DNA of 64,000 bases from an uncultured Bacteroides sp. (GTDB taxonomy: Bacteria; Bacteroidota; Bacteroidia; Bacteroidales; SM23-62): positions 22,688-86,687 of the forward strand of contig CAYSJH010000001.1 in NCBI GenBank assembly GCA_964431315.1, in the 5' to 3' direction. A program made the translations under genes and the position numbers. Shown in pieces: positions 18,687 through 29,285 of the stretch; positions within the stretch are counted from its first letter, which is position 1, and every line of letters starts with the position of its first letter. The notes beneath the pieces are model-generated. The model worked only from the letters and a program-made list of their open reading frames with translations. It ran no database searches and was not told the origin of the DNA.

Positions 18687-20009
18687 ATGGATATCAGGGA
18701 GGAACTGCTTCATCATATCTGGAAGTACCGCCTGTTCAGGTTGCCCCTGCTCGATATGGATGATCTGCCTGTTGAGCTTGTTGACCCGGGACAGCACAAC
18801 CGGGATTCCGGTCCGGATTTTTTCAATGCAAGGGTCCGGTCGGAGGGCTTGCTCTGGGCCGGGAATGTCGAGATCCACAAAAAAGCCTCGGAATGGTACC
18901 AGCACGGGCATCATCTGGATCCTGCCTTTGATAACGTGATCCTTCACGTTGTGATCGATCCGGACTGCCAGGTCCGGAATTCCAGGGGAAGGGAGATCAG
19001 GACGGTCAGGATGGAAATCCCTCCCGAAACCAGGAGACGTTACGAACTCCTGATGAACAATCCCGAACTGGTTCCCTGCTGGAGGAATCTTCCGCTGGTT
19101 GACCTGGAAAGGATGAATCTATGGCTGGAAAAGCTGCTGATTGAACGGTTTGAGGAACGGGTTGCCCGCATAAGGGGGGATCTGGCCAGCTGTGCGGGGG
19201 ACTGGCAGGAGGTTTTTTACAGGTCTCTGGCCAGGGCCATGGGACAGCATGTGAATGCCGATCCCTTCGAAATGCTCGCCCGGTCCGTCCCCCGGGAAAC
19301 CATCCGGAAGCATTGTCCGGATCTGATCTCGAAAGAAGCCATCCTTTTTGGACAGGCCGGGATGCTGGGGGAAAAGGAAAACCTCCCCGGTGGAAATAAT
19401 CTGGAATCCACGTCGGACCTGGATCCCTACTTTTCGGAACTCTGCGGGCGGTACAATTTTCTGCAGAATAAGCTTGGATTGCAACCCATTAGCGGGTTCC
19501 TGTGGAAGTTCCTGCGCCTGCGTCCGGATAATTTCCCCACCATCCGGATCTCACAGCTGGCCAGTTCCCTCGAAAAATACCCGGATCTGTACCGTCAGCT
19601 TCAGGATCATCCTGATCCCCTGGAGGGTATTCTGAAATTAGAGTTGAAGGCATCGGAATACTGGAACACCCATTACCGTTTCAGGCGGGAGAGTCCCCCG
19701 AGGGAAAAATCCCCCGGGAAAGACCGCATGACCGGTCTGTTCATCAATGCCGTCCTGCCGGTGTTGTTTGCACAAAACCTGATCCGTGGAAACCCCAGCA
19801 GGGTGCAGGAGCTTACTGAGATGCTGGTCCGGATCCCGCCCGAGAATAACCGGATCATCCGGATGTGGAAAAGCCTTGGAATGGCCGTCCCGGATGGATT
19901 TTCTTCGCAGGCTCTTCTTCATCTTACCAATAATTACTGTATATTTAAGAGATGTTTATCCTGTTATGCCGGAAGCCAGATTACACAGTCGTACCCCCCG
20001 CAGAAGTGA
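18687..20009 (+). CDS. DUF2851 family protein
   Basis: GPDFFNAR, WAGNVEIH, DNVILHVV, RLRPDNFPTIR, C-terminal CLSC. Confidence 0.88.
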   Translation: MDIREELLHHIWKYRLFRLPLLDMDDLPVELVDPGQHNRDSGPDFFNARVRSEGLLWAGNVEIHKKASEWYQHGHHLDPAFDNVILHVVIDPDCQVRNSRGREIRTVRMEIPPETRRRYELLMNNPELVPCWRNLPLVDLERMNLWLEKLLIERFEERVARIRGDLASCAGDWQEVFYRSLARAMGQHVNADPFEMLARSVPRETIRKHCPDLISKEAILFGQAGMLGEKENLPGGNNLESTSDLDPYFSELCGRYNFLQNKLGLQPISGFLWKFLRLRPDNFPTIRISQLASSLEKYPDLYRQLQDHPDPLEGILKLELKASEYWNTHYRFRRESPPREKSPGKDRMTGLFINAVLPVLFAQNLIRGNPSRVQELTEMLVRIPPENNRIIRMWKSLGMAVPDGFSSQALLHLTNNYCIFKRCLSCYAGSQITQSYPPQK

Positions 20010-20025
20010 AGCCAACTGGTCAGCT

Positions 20026-21015
20026 ATGCTCGCCATCGGCCTGCTTGTAATCATCGTGATCATCGGGGTAAGCGGTTACATTGTCCTGGAGGGCATGACC
20101 TTTACCGAAGCGGTATACATGACGATCATTACAGTTGCTACGGTTGGTTTCAAGGAGGTGGAACCGCTCAGCGAGATCGGAATGTGGTTCACAAGCTTTC
20201 TGATTGTGATCAGTTTTGGTATATTTGTTTACGCTGTTACAAGCCTCACAAGATTCATGATCGACGGGGTGATCAGCAATTATTACAGGGACCGTAAAGT
20301 ACAGAGAAAATTGAAGAAACTTAGCAATCACGTGATCATCTGCGGATACGGGCGGAACGGCAGCCAGGCTGCCATGGATCTCAGCATCCATAAGGTGCCT
20401 TTCATTGTCATCGAGAACAACGCGGAGATCATAGATTCATTGAGGGATTCCAATACCATCCTGTATATCGAGGGAGATGCCACGCAGGATGAGATACTGC
20501 TGCATGCCGGCCTGATGGAAGCCAGGGCGATGATCACCACCCTGCCGGTGGATGCCGATAACCTTTATGTGGTCCTCACGGCAAAGGGACTGAACCCGGG
20601 ATTGAAAATCATCAGCCGGGCATCGAATGAAAGCAGCGATATCAAGCTGATAAGGGCCGGCGCATCAAACGTCATCATGCCCGACCGGGTGGGGGGACAG
20701 CGAATGGCCAAACTTGTATTCCAGCCGGATATCGTGGAGTTCGTTGATTTCATGATGTTGCAGGAACCAGGCTCCGTCATCCTGGAGGAGCTGAGCTGTG
20801 AATCGATCGCAAATTGTTTTGAAGGAAAACAGATCAAGGAACTTGACCTGCGAAACCGCAGCGGCGCTACCATCATCGGGCTCCGCAGAGCCGACCGCTC
20901 ATACGTAATGAATCCATCCCATAGCTACGTACTTGCGGTAACCGATAAACTCTTCGTCCTGGGAACCGTCGACCAGATCAAAAGGCTCAGGGAAATCCTC
21001 GTCACAGAGCCCTGA
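20026..21015 (+). CDS. Potassium channel protein with TrkA-N/TrkA-C (RCK) domains
   Basis: AVYMTIITVATVGFKEV pore, HVIICGYGRNG, EGDATQD, LYVVLTAKGLNP; start uncertain (could be 19966). Confidence 0.88.
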   Translation: MLAIGLLVIIVIIGVSGYIVLEGMTFTEAVYMTIITVATVGFKEVEPLSEIGMWFTSFLIVISFGIFVYAVTSLTRFMIDGVISNYYRDRKVQRKLKKLSNHVIICGYGRNGSQAAMDLSIHKVPFIVIENNAEIIDSLRDSNTILYIEGDATQDEILLHAGLMEARAMITTLPVDADNLYVVLTAKGLNPGLKIISRASNESSDIKLIRAGASNVIMPDRVGGQRMAKLVFQPDIVEFVDFMMLQEPGSVILEELSCESIANCFEGKQIKELDLRNRSGATIIGLRRADRSYVMNPSHSYVLAVTDKLFVLGTVDQIKRLREILVTEP

Positions 21016-21290
21016 CCTGCGACTTCGAGATCTAAAGCATACCGGTCCCATCGAAATCCTCGTCACCGAATCCTGAGTTCGGTTTCATGGAGGTGCATTT
21101 CCCGCATTTTGACCACAGCGCTGATCCATGACAGGTTCTTAAAGTCCAATCATAAGTTCTTATTAATCAGCCACATATTCTAAATCATCTGCAATGAACT
21201 TTTTGCCACTTTTTTGTTGCTATATCAAAAAAATTGAATATTTTTGCAGTTCATTTTCAGAATGGGACTGAATTATATCAAAAACAGGCT

Positions 21291-21560
21291 ATGTACTTAA
21301 CCTCAGAAAAGAAGAAAGAATTCTTTAAAAAGTATGGCAAATCTGCTGAAAACACAGGTTCGGCAGAAGGACAGATCGCATTGTTTTCTTACCGCATCGC
21401 ACACCTTACCGAACATCTCAAGGAAAATAAGAAGGATTTCGGTACCCAGCGGGCGCTGGTGAAGCTCGTCGGAAAGCGCAGGAGACTGCTTAATTACCTG
21501 AAAGACAGGGATATCGAGCGGTACAGGACCGTCATTAAATCACTGAAACTAAGAAAGTAA
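21291..21560 (+). CDS. rpsO: 30S ribosomal protein S15
   Basis: NTGSAEGQIALF..LTEHLKENKKD..LVGKRRRLLNYL. Confidence 0.98.
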   Translation: MYLTSEKKKEFFKKYGKSAENTGSAEGQIALFSYRIAHLTEHLKENKKDFGTQRALVKLVGKRRRLLNYLKDRDIERYRTVIKSLKLRK

Positions 21561-21575
21561 AACAGGATAAAAGGG

Positions 21576-21605
21576 AAAAAGGCAATTACTGAAATTGCCT
21601 TTTTT
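21576..21605 (+). terminator. Terminator/attenuator hairpin between rpsO and pnp
   Basis: aaaaaggcaatt..aattgcctttttt inverted repeat with T tract. Confidence 0.75.
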
Positions 21606-21652
21606 CGTATTGGTACGAGACGTTAATTAATAAGCTAATAAGTAAAAAGAAG

Positions 21653-23989
21653 ATGTTAAAAGTTATTACAAAGACAATCGATCTGGGCGACGGCAGGAGC
21701 ATTACGATCGAGACTGGAAAGCTGGCCAAGCAGGCCGACGGAGCGGTTGTCGTAAGAATGGGCGGGACCATGCTGCTGGCAACGGTCGTTTCCGCAAAGG
21801 AAGCCCAGGAGAATACGGATTATATGCCCCTCTCTGTTGAGTACAAGGAAAAATTTGCTGCAGCCGGAAGATTCCCCGGAGGATTCCTTAAGCGGGAAAC
21901 CCGCCCCGGCGATTATGAAATATTGATTTCAAGGCTCGTCGACAGGGCTCTCAGGCCCCTTTTCCCGGATGATTACCATGCCGAGACTTTTGTTAATGTT
22001 ACCCTTTTCTCTGCCGAGGCAGATATCATGCCCGATGCACTTGCGGGACTGGCCGCATCGGCTGCCATGAGCGTATCGGACATACCCTTTAACGGGCCAA
22101 TCTCCGAGGTCAGGGTTGCAAGGGTCGAAGGGAAACTGATGATCAATCCCACATTCAAGCAGCTTGAAAGCGCAGACATCGACATTATAGTGGGAGCGAC
22201 CGAGGACAACATCATGATGGTGGAGGGCGAGATGGATGAGGTATCCGAGAAGGATATGCTGGAAGCCATCAAATTCGCCCATGAAGAGATTAAAAAACAC
22301 TGCCGGGTGCAGCTGGAACTTCAGAAGGAAGCAGGGAAAACGAAAAAACGCGCCTATGAGCACGAGCAGAACGATGAAGCCATGATGGCGGAGATAGAAA
22401 AGAAGGCTTACAGTAAGCTGGCCAAGATCGCCTCTTCAGGATCATCCAAGCAGGAAAGGCACGATGCCATCGATGAGGTAAAAGAAGAGTTGAAGGCAGT
22501 ACTCATAAACCCGGACGATGCTGAAGCGGCAGCCAGAGAGATCGTGTTCAAACGTTATTTCCACGCGGTTGAGAAAAAGGCCCTGCGGGATCTCTTGCTA
22601 GACAAGGGACTCAGGGTGGACGGCCGTAAGACCGATGAAATCAGGGATATCTGGTGCGAGGTGGACTGCCTGCCCGCCACACATGGCTCGGCACTCTTTA
22701 CCCGTGGAGAAACCCAGTCGCTGACTTCCGTTACCCTGGGTAACAAGATGGATATGAAACTGATCGATGAAGCTCTTATACAGGGGACCGACAAGTTTAC
22801 CCTGCATTATAACTTCCCGCCCTTTTCAACCGGTGATGCACGCCCGATGAGGGGGATCAGCCGGCGTGAAGTGGGACACGGGAACCTGGCCCACCGGGCC
22901 CTGAAAAGAATGGTACCCAAAGGCGTGGAAAATCCCTATGCGATAAGGATCGTCTCCGATATCCTTGAATCCAACGGTTCCTCTTCCATGGCGACCGTTT
23001 GTGCCGGGACCCTGGCGCTGATGGACTGCGGTGTCAAGATCCGCAAGCCGGTTTCGGGGATTGCAATGGGACTGGTCACTGAGGCCGGTTCGAAGAAGTA
23101 TGCCATCCTGTCCGATATCCTGGGGGATGAGGACCACCTTGGCGACATGGACTTCAAGGTTGCCGGGACCCGTGACGGGATCACTGCCACACAGATGGAC
23201 ATCAAGGTAGACGGACTCCCTTACGAGATACTGGAAGAGGCCCTCGAGCAGGCCCGTAAAGGCAGGCTCTACATCCTGGATAAGATGGAAGAGGTCATCA
23301 AAGAACCAAGGGCGGACTATAAACCGCACGCACCCAGGATCGTCCAGATCCTCATCAACAAGGACCTGATCGGTGCGCTTATCGGTCCCGGTGGAAAGAT
23401 CATCCAGGGCATCCAGGCCGACACGGGCGCTACCATCGTGATCGAGGAGATCGATAACAAGGGAGTGGTCGATGTATTTGCCGTCAACAAGGAAGCCATC
23501 GATGCAGCCCTTGCCAGGATCAATGAGATCGTGCAGGAACCCGAAATTGGTGAGATCTACAAAGGTAAAGTCAAAGGCGTGGTCTCCTTCGGATGCTTTG
23601 TCGAGATCATGCCCGGCAGGGAGGGACTGCTCCACATCTCCGAGTGGGACTGGAGAAGGGTCGAAAAGATGGAAGATGAGGTCAAAGTAGGAGATGAACT
23701 GGAAGTGAAACTGATCGACATTGATGGGAAGAACGGAAATCTTAAGCTCTCCCGCAAGGTCTTGCACCCGAGACCGGAACGTACCGATGATCAGCGACAG
23801 CAATCGGGGGAAAAGCGTCCCTATTCGGGGGAACAGAGGCAGCACTCCGGCGAGCAGAGGTCACACTCCGGCGAGCATCGTTCCCATTCAGGGGATCAGA
23901 GGCAGCATTCAGGGGGACAGAGGTCTCATTCCAGGGACCAGAAGCACTGGGACAAAAAGCCCAACCACCGGGAAGATAATCCCGAATAA
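21653..23989 (+). CDS. pnp: Polyribonucleotide nucleotidyltransferase (PNPase)
   Basis: [49 protein letters not shown] and S1 domains. Confidence 0.98.
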   Translation: MLKVITKTIDLGDGRSITIETGKLAKQADGAVVVRMGGTMLLATVVSAKEAQENTDYMPLSVEYKEKFAAAGRFPGGFLKRETRPGDYEILISRLVDRALRPLFPDDYHAETFVNVTLFSAEADIMPDALAGLAASAAMSVSDIPFNGPISEVRVARVEGKLMINPTFKQLESADIDIIVGATEDNIMMVEGEMDEVSEKDMLEAIKFAHEEIKKHCRVQLELQKEAGKTKKRAYEHEQNDEAMMAEIEKKAYSKLAKIASSGSSKQERHDAIDEVKEELKAVLINPDDAEAAAREIVFKRYFHAVEKKALRDLLLDKGLRVDGRKTDEIRDIWCEVDCLPATHGSALFTRGETQSLTSVTLGNKMDMKLIDEALIQGTDKFTLHYNFPPFSTGDARPMRGISRREVGHGNLAHRALKRMVPKGVENPYAIRIVSDILESNGSSSMATVCAGTLALMDCGVKIRKPVSGIAMGLVTEAGSKKYAILSDILGDEDHLGDMDFKVAGTRDGITATQMDIKVDGLPYEILEEALEQARKGRLYILDKMEEVIKEPRADYKPHAPRIVQILINKDLIGALIGPGGKIIQGIQADTGATIVIEEIDNKGVVDVFAVNKEAIDAALARINEIVQEPEIGEIYKGKVKGVVSFGCFVEIMPGREGLLHISEWDWRRVEKMEDEVKVGDELEVKLIDIDGKNGNLKLSRKVLHPRPERTDDQRQQSGEKRPYSGEQRQHSGEQRSHSGEHRSHSGDQRQHSGGQRSHSRDQKHWDKKPNHREDNPE
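23792..23938 (+). repeat. 7 x 21-bp tandem repeat encoding a heptad tail of PNPase
   Basis: [49 protein letters not shown]. Confidence 0.92.
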
Positions 23990-24025
23990 TCAGGCATTCC
24001 CGCAAGGTATGCCGAACGACAATAT

Positions 24026-24057
24026 GAGCCGCCCCGACCATCGGAGGCGGCTTTTTT
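24026..24057 (+). terminator. Rho-independent terminator after pnp
   Basis: gagccgccccga-cca-tcggaggcggc-tttttt. Confidence 0.75.
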
Positions 24058-24112
24058 CGTATATTTATGATCCCGAATTCCGGGGAACTACATGCAATCC
24101 GGGCAAACATTA

Positions 24113-24754
24113 ATGAACAGGTATAACTATCTGGTAATTGAGGGGAACATCGGGGCAGGAAAGACCTCGCTCTCGACCATGATCGCCGAAAAATTCAATG
24201 CCCGGCTGATCCTTGAACAATTTGCGGAGAATCCATTCCTCCCGAAATTTTACGGTGACCCCGAACGGTTCTCATTTCCCCTGGAACTGTCCTTCCTTGC
24301 CGCCAGGTATCACCAGCTGCACCGGGAACTGACTTCCCCCGAACTTTTTAAAAGTTTTACCGTGGCGGATTATTTCTTCAGCAAATCCCTCATTTTTTCA
24401 AAGATCACCCTCCAGCCGGATGAATTCAACCTGTACAGGACCCTGTTCAACATCATTTACAAGCAATTGCCCAGGCCCGAACTTTATGTCTATTTGCACG
24501 TAGAAGTGGATAAGCTGCTTGAAAACATCAGACTGAGAGGACGGGATTACGAGAAAAGCATTGAAGCCGGGTACCTTGAAAAATTGCAGGAGGGATATTT
24601 CGAGTACCTTCGCTCGCTGACGGATCAGAAAATACTGATCCTGGACTTGAACCGGCTGGATTTCGTAGGAAGGAAGGAGGATTATGATCTCGTGGAAAAA
24701 GCCATTTTCTCAGGGGAATATACCACGGGGCTCAACCGGGTTCAATTACGCTGA
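24113..24754 (+). CDS. Deoxynucleoside kinase
   Basis: IEGNIGAGKT P-loop, NPFLPKFY, ELSFLAARY, RGRDYE. Confidence 0.92.
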   Translation: MNRYNYLVIEGNIGAGKTSLSTMIAEKFNARLILEQFAENPFLPKFYGDPERFSFPLELSFLAARYHQLHRELTSPELFKSFTVADYFFSKSLIFSKITLQPDEFNLYRTLFNIIYKQLPRPELYVYLHVEVDKLLENIRLRGRDYEKSIEAGYLEKLQEGYFEYLRSLTDQKILILDLNRLDFVGRKEDYDLVEKAIFSGEYTTGLNRVQLR

Positions 24755-24872
24755 ATTTGTGTAAATACCCTGTTTTCAGGACTATTTGTATTTAAATTTT
24801 TATAAATTGAAAAACATTATTAAGTTTGTATAGGTAATTCACAATCGCCTTAAAACTAATAACCAAGTAATT

Positions 24873-26588
24873 ATGAGAAGAATTAACATTTTTGCATCAT
24901 TCGTTGCTGCAGCGCTTTTAATCGCTGGTTGCGGTGGCCCGCAGAAGATGGCGGACAACGCGAACCTGGTGAAGTACACCGTTACACCTGATCCTCTTGA
25001 AACGCATGGTGGAAAAGTAGCACTGTCTGTGGATGTCAAGTATCCTGAAAAATACTTCCACAAGAAGGCCATTGTTACCGCCACGCCTTACCTCAGCTAT
25101 GAAGGAGGACAGACTGAATTGAAGTCTGAAACATTGCAGGGAGAAGCCGTTGAGGATAATTACAAAGTGATATCCTTCACCTCCGGAGGCAGTTTCAGCT
25201 ATTCAGACGAAGTGGACTACAAACCGGAGATGATGCGTTCCGAACTGTTTGTCAAGGGAGTTGCAACGGTCGGCAAGAGTACGGTTGACCTGCCACCCGT
25301 AAAAATTGCGGACGGTATAATTACCACTCCACTGCTTGTTGATGATAAAGGAAAGGCGATCCTGTTCGGCGACAATTTCAAACGGATAGTTCCCGAGCAG
25401 TATGTTGCCGACATCAATTACATCATTAACCGCTACGATGTTCGTAACTCGGAACTCACACAGGACGACATCAAGGGCATGAAGAAATTCATTGCCGACG
25501 CAAACAAAAATGACCGCGTGACCCTGAAAGGCATGGAGGTATCCGGCTACGCTTCACCTGACGGACCGCTGGATTTTAACACCAAGCTTTCCGGCAAGAG
25601 GGAAGGCTCGGCACAGAATTACCTTCAAAAAGACCTGAAAAGCGGGAAAATCAAGGTCCCCAGCGATAAGGAGTTCTTCAAGTACCTGACCACCCCGGAG
25701 GACTGGGATGGATTCAAGAAACTCATGGAGGAATCAAATATCAAGGATAAGGACCTGATCCTTCGTGTGCTTTCAATGTATTCCGATCCCGTTGTACGCG
25801 AAAGGGAAATCAAGAACATTGCCGAAGCCTTTGAAGAGATCAAGGTACAGATCCTTCCCAAGCTGAGAAGGTCAGTATTTACGGTCAATACCGAGAAAGT
25901 GGGCTGGTCGGATGAAGAACTCAAGAATTGGGTTAAGAAAAGCATGGACACCCTTCAGCTTGAAGAATTGCTGTATACCGCTTCCCTTTTCAAAGACAAT
26001 GAGACCAAGCTTGCGCTTTACAGCAAGGCCATGAAGAAGTATCCGAAGTGCATCAGGGCCGCAAATAATGTTGGCGTCGTAAAACTCAACATGGGCGATG
26101 TCGCGGGTGCCAAGGCCGCTTTCGAAGCTGCAAAAGCCATCAAGGATAATAACATTGTCAAGAACAACCTCGGTGTTGTAGCCCTGGCCGAAGGCGATGT
26201 TGAAACCGCCCAGAACCTGTTCACCTCAGCCATGGGTGCGGGAGATGAGGTCAACTATAACCTGGCCATCATCAAGATCAAGGAAGGGGATTATGAAGCA
26301 GCCAAGAGTTACCTGGGTGCAAGCGAGAACTTCAACAATGCACTGGTAATCCTGCTGAACGGGCAGCCAAGCCATGCAATCGAAATGCTGCGTAAGCTGG
26401 ATGAAACGGCGAAAACGAATTACCTGATCGCTGTTGCTGCAGCCCGCGAAGGAGACGTTGAGGTAATGTACAACGCACTTCGTGCAGCGGTTGCCCTGGC
26501 ACCGGAAAAGATCAAATCACATGCCGTAAAGGATGTTGAATTTGCTAAGTACTTTGAAGAGGACCTATTCAAGGAGATCACACAGTAA
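24873..26588 (+). CDS. Lipoprotein with OmpA-like domain and C-terminal TPRs
   Basis: Lipobox IAGC; VSGYASPDGPLDFNTKLS (OmpA-like); NNLGVVALAEGD and YNLAIIKIKEGDY (TPR). Confidence 0.75.
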   Translation: MRRINIFASFVAAALLIAGCGGPQKMADNANLVKYTVTPDPLETHGGKVALSVDVKYPEKYFHKKAIVTATPYLSYEGGQTELKSETLQGEAVEDNYKVISFTSGGSFSYSDEVDYKPEMMRSELFVKGVATVGKSTVDLPPVKIADGIITTPLLVDDKGKAILFGDNFKRIVPEQYVADINYIINRYDVRNSELTQDDIKGMKKFIADANKNDRVTLKGMEVSGYASPDGPLDFNTKLSGKREGSAQNYLQKDLKSGKIKVPSDKEFFKYLTTPEDWDGFKKLMEESNIKDKDLILRVLSMYSDPVVREREIKNIAEAFEEIKVQILPKLRRSVFTVNTEKVGWSDEELKNWVKKSMDTLQLEELLYTASLFKDNETKLALYSKAMKKYPKCIRAANNVGVVKLNMGDVAGAKAAFEAAKAIKDNNIVKNNLGVVALAEGDVETAQNLFTSAMGAGDEVNYNLAIIKIKEGDYEAAKSYLGASENFNNALVILLNGQPSHAIEMLRKLDETAKTNYLIAVAAAREGDVEVMYNALRAAVALAPEKIKSHAVKDVEFAKYFEEDLFKEITQ

Positions 26589-26618
26589 TTACTTGGGAGA
26601 TATATAATTCTCAAAAGG

Positions 26619-26647
26619 GGCTGCCTCTCACGGGGCAGCCTTTTTTT
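26619..26647 (+). terminator. Rho-independent terminator
   Basis: ggctgcctc-tcac-ggggcagcc followed by T7. Confidence 0.75.
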
Positions 26648-26692
26648 GGTTCGCGGGCAGCTTACAATCCGCGGGGGACTATCATAGATCGC

Positions 26693-27244
26693 TCAACACC
26701 GTTTAAAATTGGAAACCCCGTTCCGTTTATTTGCCAGGGAAAATAATCCGGATTTAAGAATCTTGCGTGGAAACCAGCCTGGAACCTGAGGCCATATTGC
26801 CAGGATCCCTTCAGGCTTAAGAACACGGTGCATTTCGGTCAACAGCGGAGCTAATGGCAACATGGGCGCAGGGATCACACCAAATAAAATAACCGTTTGA
26901 AAACTTTCGGTTTCCAGGTTCGTATCCATAGCATTCCCTTTGACCACCCGGACATTCTGCAACCCGGCATCCTGTACTTTTTTAGAGACAAGGCCGACGG
27001 ACTCTGATAATATGTCCATCGACAACAAAGATCCCTGTTCCCCGATAATCCGCGCTGCCGGGATCGTGAAGAATCCTGTACCGCAACCGATCTCCAGGAC
27101 TTTCTTCCCGGGCAGATCATCAATCCCCTGGAGGATTTTAATGGGACTGAAAAAGCGATACCTGAATCGGCTCTCCATCATTTTCGCCAGTAATCTGACA
27201 AACAACTTCCCCAAAGTTGATCCGGCAAATGTTTCGGTATTCAT
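26693..27244 (-). CDS. Class I SAM-dependent methyltransferase
   Basis: VLEIGCGTGFF motif I, EMHRVLKPEG. Confidence 0.88.
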   Translation of the reverse strand: MNTETFAGSTLGKLFVRLLAKMMESRFRYRFFSPIKILQGIDDLPGKKVLEIGCGTGFFTIPAARIIGEQGSLLSMDILSESVGLVSKKVQDAGLQNVRVVKGNAMDTNLETESFQTVILFGVIPAPMLPLAPLLTEMHRVLKPEGILAIWPQVPGWFPRKILKSGLFSLANKRNGVSNFKRC

Positions 27245-27388
27245 TTAACGTATTGATATTCAATTAGTTGGAATTCTTGTCATGTACTAAATAGAGAACA
27301 TATCGAAAAACAGTAAATTTGTGCCTATATCCAGTCCCTGAAGGAACTGGTTTGACACACTTTTTAGATACTAAGCTAAATAAAACAA

Positions 27389-28627
27389 ATGAGAAGGAAG
27401 GAATTCATTACATCTGGGCTTATTGCGGCAGGCGTATTAACACTGGGGACACCCTTTGCAGCCGGTGCGTCAGGGGAAAGAATCGAAAATGAAAGTAAAA
27501 GGAAGGTCCTCCGCAGGAAGGTGCATGCCCCGCTGGCTATAACTATGTGGGATTTTTCATGGCTGGAAAGACGCTGGCCCGGGGCAGGTTATGAAAATTA
27601 TGATAAGATATTAGACGAACTGAAGGAACGGGGCTATGATGCGGTCCGCATCGATGTTTATCCCCATCTCGTGTACAACGATCCCTGGAAGGAATATGAG
27701 CTGGTACCCCACTGGAACACCCATGACTGGGGCAGTCCTGATTATGTCAGGATATCCGTTGAACCATACCTGACGGAGTTTGTCACAAAATGCAGGGAAA
27801 GGGACATTAAAGTGGGACTTTCATCCTGGTGGCGGGAAGATACGGCAAGATCTTACGATGTAATAAACTCCCCCGAAATGCTGGCCAGGGTATGGCTGGC
27901 GGTGCTCGATCTATTAAATGAAAAGGGACTTCTTGATAACGTTATTTATGTCGATCTGACCAATGAATGGTCACTGGATGAATGGACCCCTTTCAAAAAG
28001 GGACTGGGAAGATGGGCTTCCGGGGAATCCATTCTCTGGATGAGGGCATCTATAGCTATTTTAAAGGAAAAGTATCCAGACCTGAGATATACCTTCTCCT
28101 TTACCGGTGAGGTTACAGAGCAGACAAAATACCAGGGTGATATTTCCATGCTCGATTTTCTGGAACAGCACATCTGGATGGTAAATTATAATGACGGCGA
28201 ATTTTGCAGGGAAATAGATTACCGATACGAGGCATTCGACCCTGCTGGGTATCGGAAAATCGCAAAGTATGCTGAAAAACTTTATCGCAGCAGGCAGGAG
28301 TATTGGATCGATGGGCTGAAAAAACAGATACAGCATGCTGCAGCCTGGTCCCGGTATGCTGAAAAACCGCTTATAACAACCGAATGCTGGGGACTGGTGA
28401 ACTACAAGGACTGGCCTTTATTGAATTGGGACTGGATCATGGAACTATGTGAGATCGGGGTTCGGGAGGCAGCGGCCACCGGACGATGGGTTGCCATGGC
28501 AACAAGTAACTTTTGCGGACCTCAGTTTGTCGGAATGTGGAGAGAAATTGGATGGCATCAAAAAATGACCGGGATCATTCACGGGTCCAGCGTAGATAGT
28601 CAGCTGCTTGAATCCTTCTACGCCTGA
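27389..28627 (+). CDS. Cellulase-like family glycoside hydrolase, probable Tat export
   Basis: MRRKEFI signal; ITMWDFSWLERR, GYDAVRIDVYP, YVDLTNE (acid/base), ITTECWG (nucleophile); upstream TAAATTTG at 27314. Confidence 0.75.
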   Translation: MRRKEFITSGLIAAGVLTLGTPFAAGASGERIENESKRKVLRRKVHAPLAITMWDFSWLERRWPGAGYENYDKILDELKERGYDAVRIDVYPHLVYNDPWKEYELVPHWNTHDWGSPDYVRISVEPYLTEFVTKCRERDIKVGLSSWWREDTARSYDVINSPEMLARVWLAVLDLLNEKGLLDNVIYVDLTNEWSLDEWTPFKKGLGRWASGESILWMRASIAILKEKYPDLRYTFSFTGEVTEQTKYQGDISMLDFLEQHIWMVNYNDGEFCREIDYRYEAFDPAGYRKIAKYAEKLYRSRQEYWIDGLKKQIQHAAAWSRYAEKPLITTECWGLVNYKDWPLLNWDWIMELCEIGVREAAATGRWVAMATSNFCGPQFVGMWREIGWHQKMTGIIHGSSVDSQLLESFYA

Positions 28628-28683
28628 GTCATTCCATGGATCAGCATCCCGGATGTGTTTAAATCCCGGATCTGGCAGTACCC

Positions 28684-29241
28684 TTATTCATTGCCGGCAG
28701 GACGCTGATCTTTCAGCCTCAGGGATTTGAATGCCTCCCAGAGGACCATTCCCACGCAGACCGAGATGTTGAGGGAATGCTTGGTGCCGAACTGGGGTAC
28801 ATCGAGGCTGAGATCGGAAAGATCGACGATTTCCTGCTGCACGCCCCGGATCTCGTGTCCGAATACAAAGGCAAACTTTTTATCCCCCCCGAACCTGAAT
28901 GCATCCAGCGGTATGCTTTCCTCGGTCTGTTCCACCGCCACGATGGTGAATCCCTCTGATTTCAGAAGGTTGACGGCATCGGCTGTTTCCGGGAAATAAT
29001 GCCATTCCACCGACTCGGTTGCTCCCAGGGCGGTTTTATGGATCTCCCGGTGTGGCGGCCGGGCCGTGATGCCGCAGAGCATCAGGCGTTCCACCAGGAA
29101 AGCGTCCGATGTGCGGAAGACCGATCCGATGTTGTTCAGGCTCCTGACGTTATCAAGCACAACCACGACCGGGATCTTCTCCGCGTTCTTGAATTCACGG
29201 ACGCTCAGCCGTCCGAGCTCGGAGTTCTTAAGTTTTCTCAT
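28684..29241 (-). CDS. TrmH/SpoU family RNA methyltransferase
   Basis: VLDNVRSLNNIGSVFRT, FVFGHE, KHSLNISV. Confidence 0.92.
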   Translation of the reverse strand: MRKLKNSELGRLSVREFKNAEKIPVVVVLDNVRSLNNIGSVFRTSDAFLVERLMLCGITARPPHREIHKTALGATESVEWHYFPETADAVNLLKSEGFTIVAVEQTEESIPLDAFRFGGDKKFAFVFGHEIRGVQQEIVDLSDLSLDVPQFGTKHSLNISVCVGMVLWEAFKSLRLKDQRPAGNE

Positions 29242-29285
29242 GTCTTTGGGGACAGAAAATTAAAAAAAATAATAATTTCGTAAGC

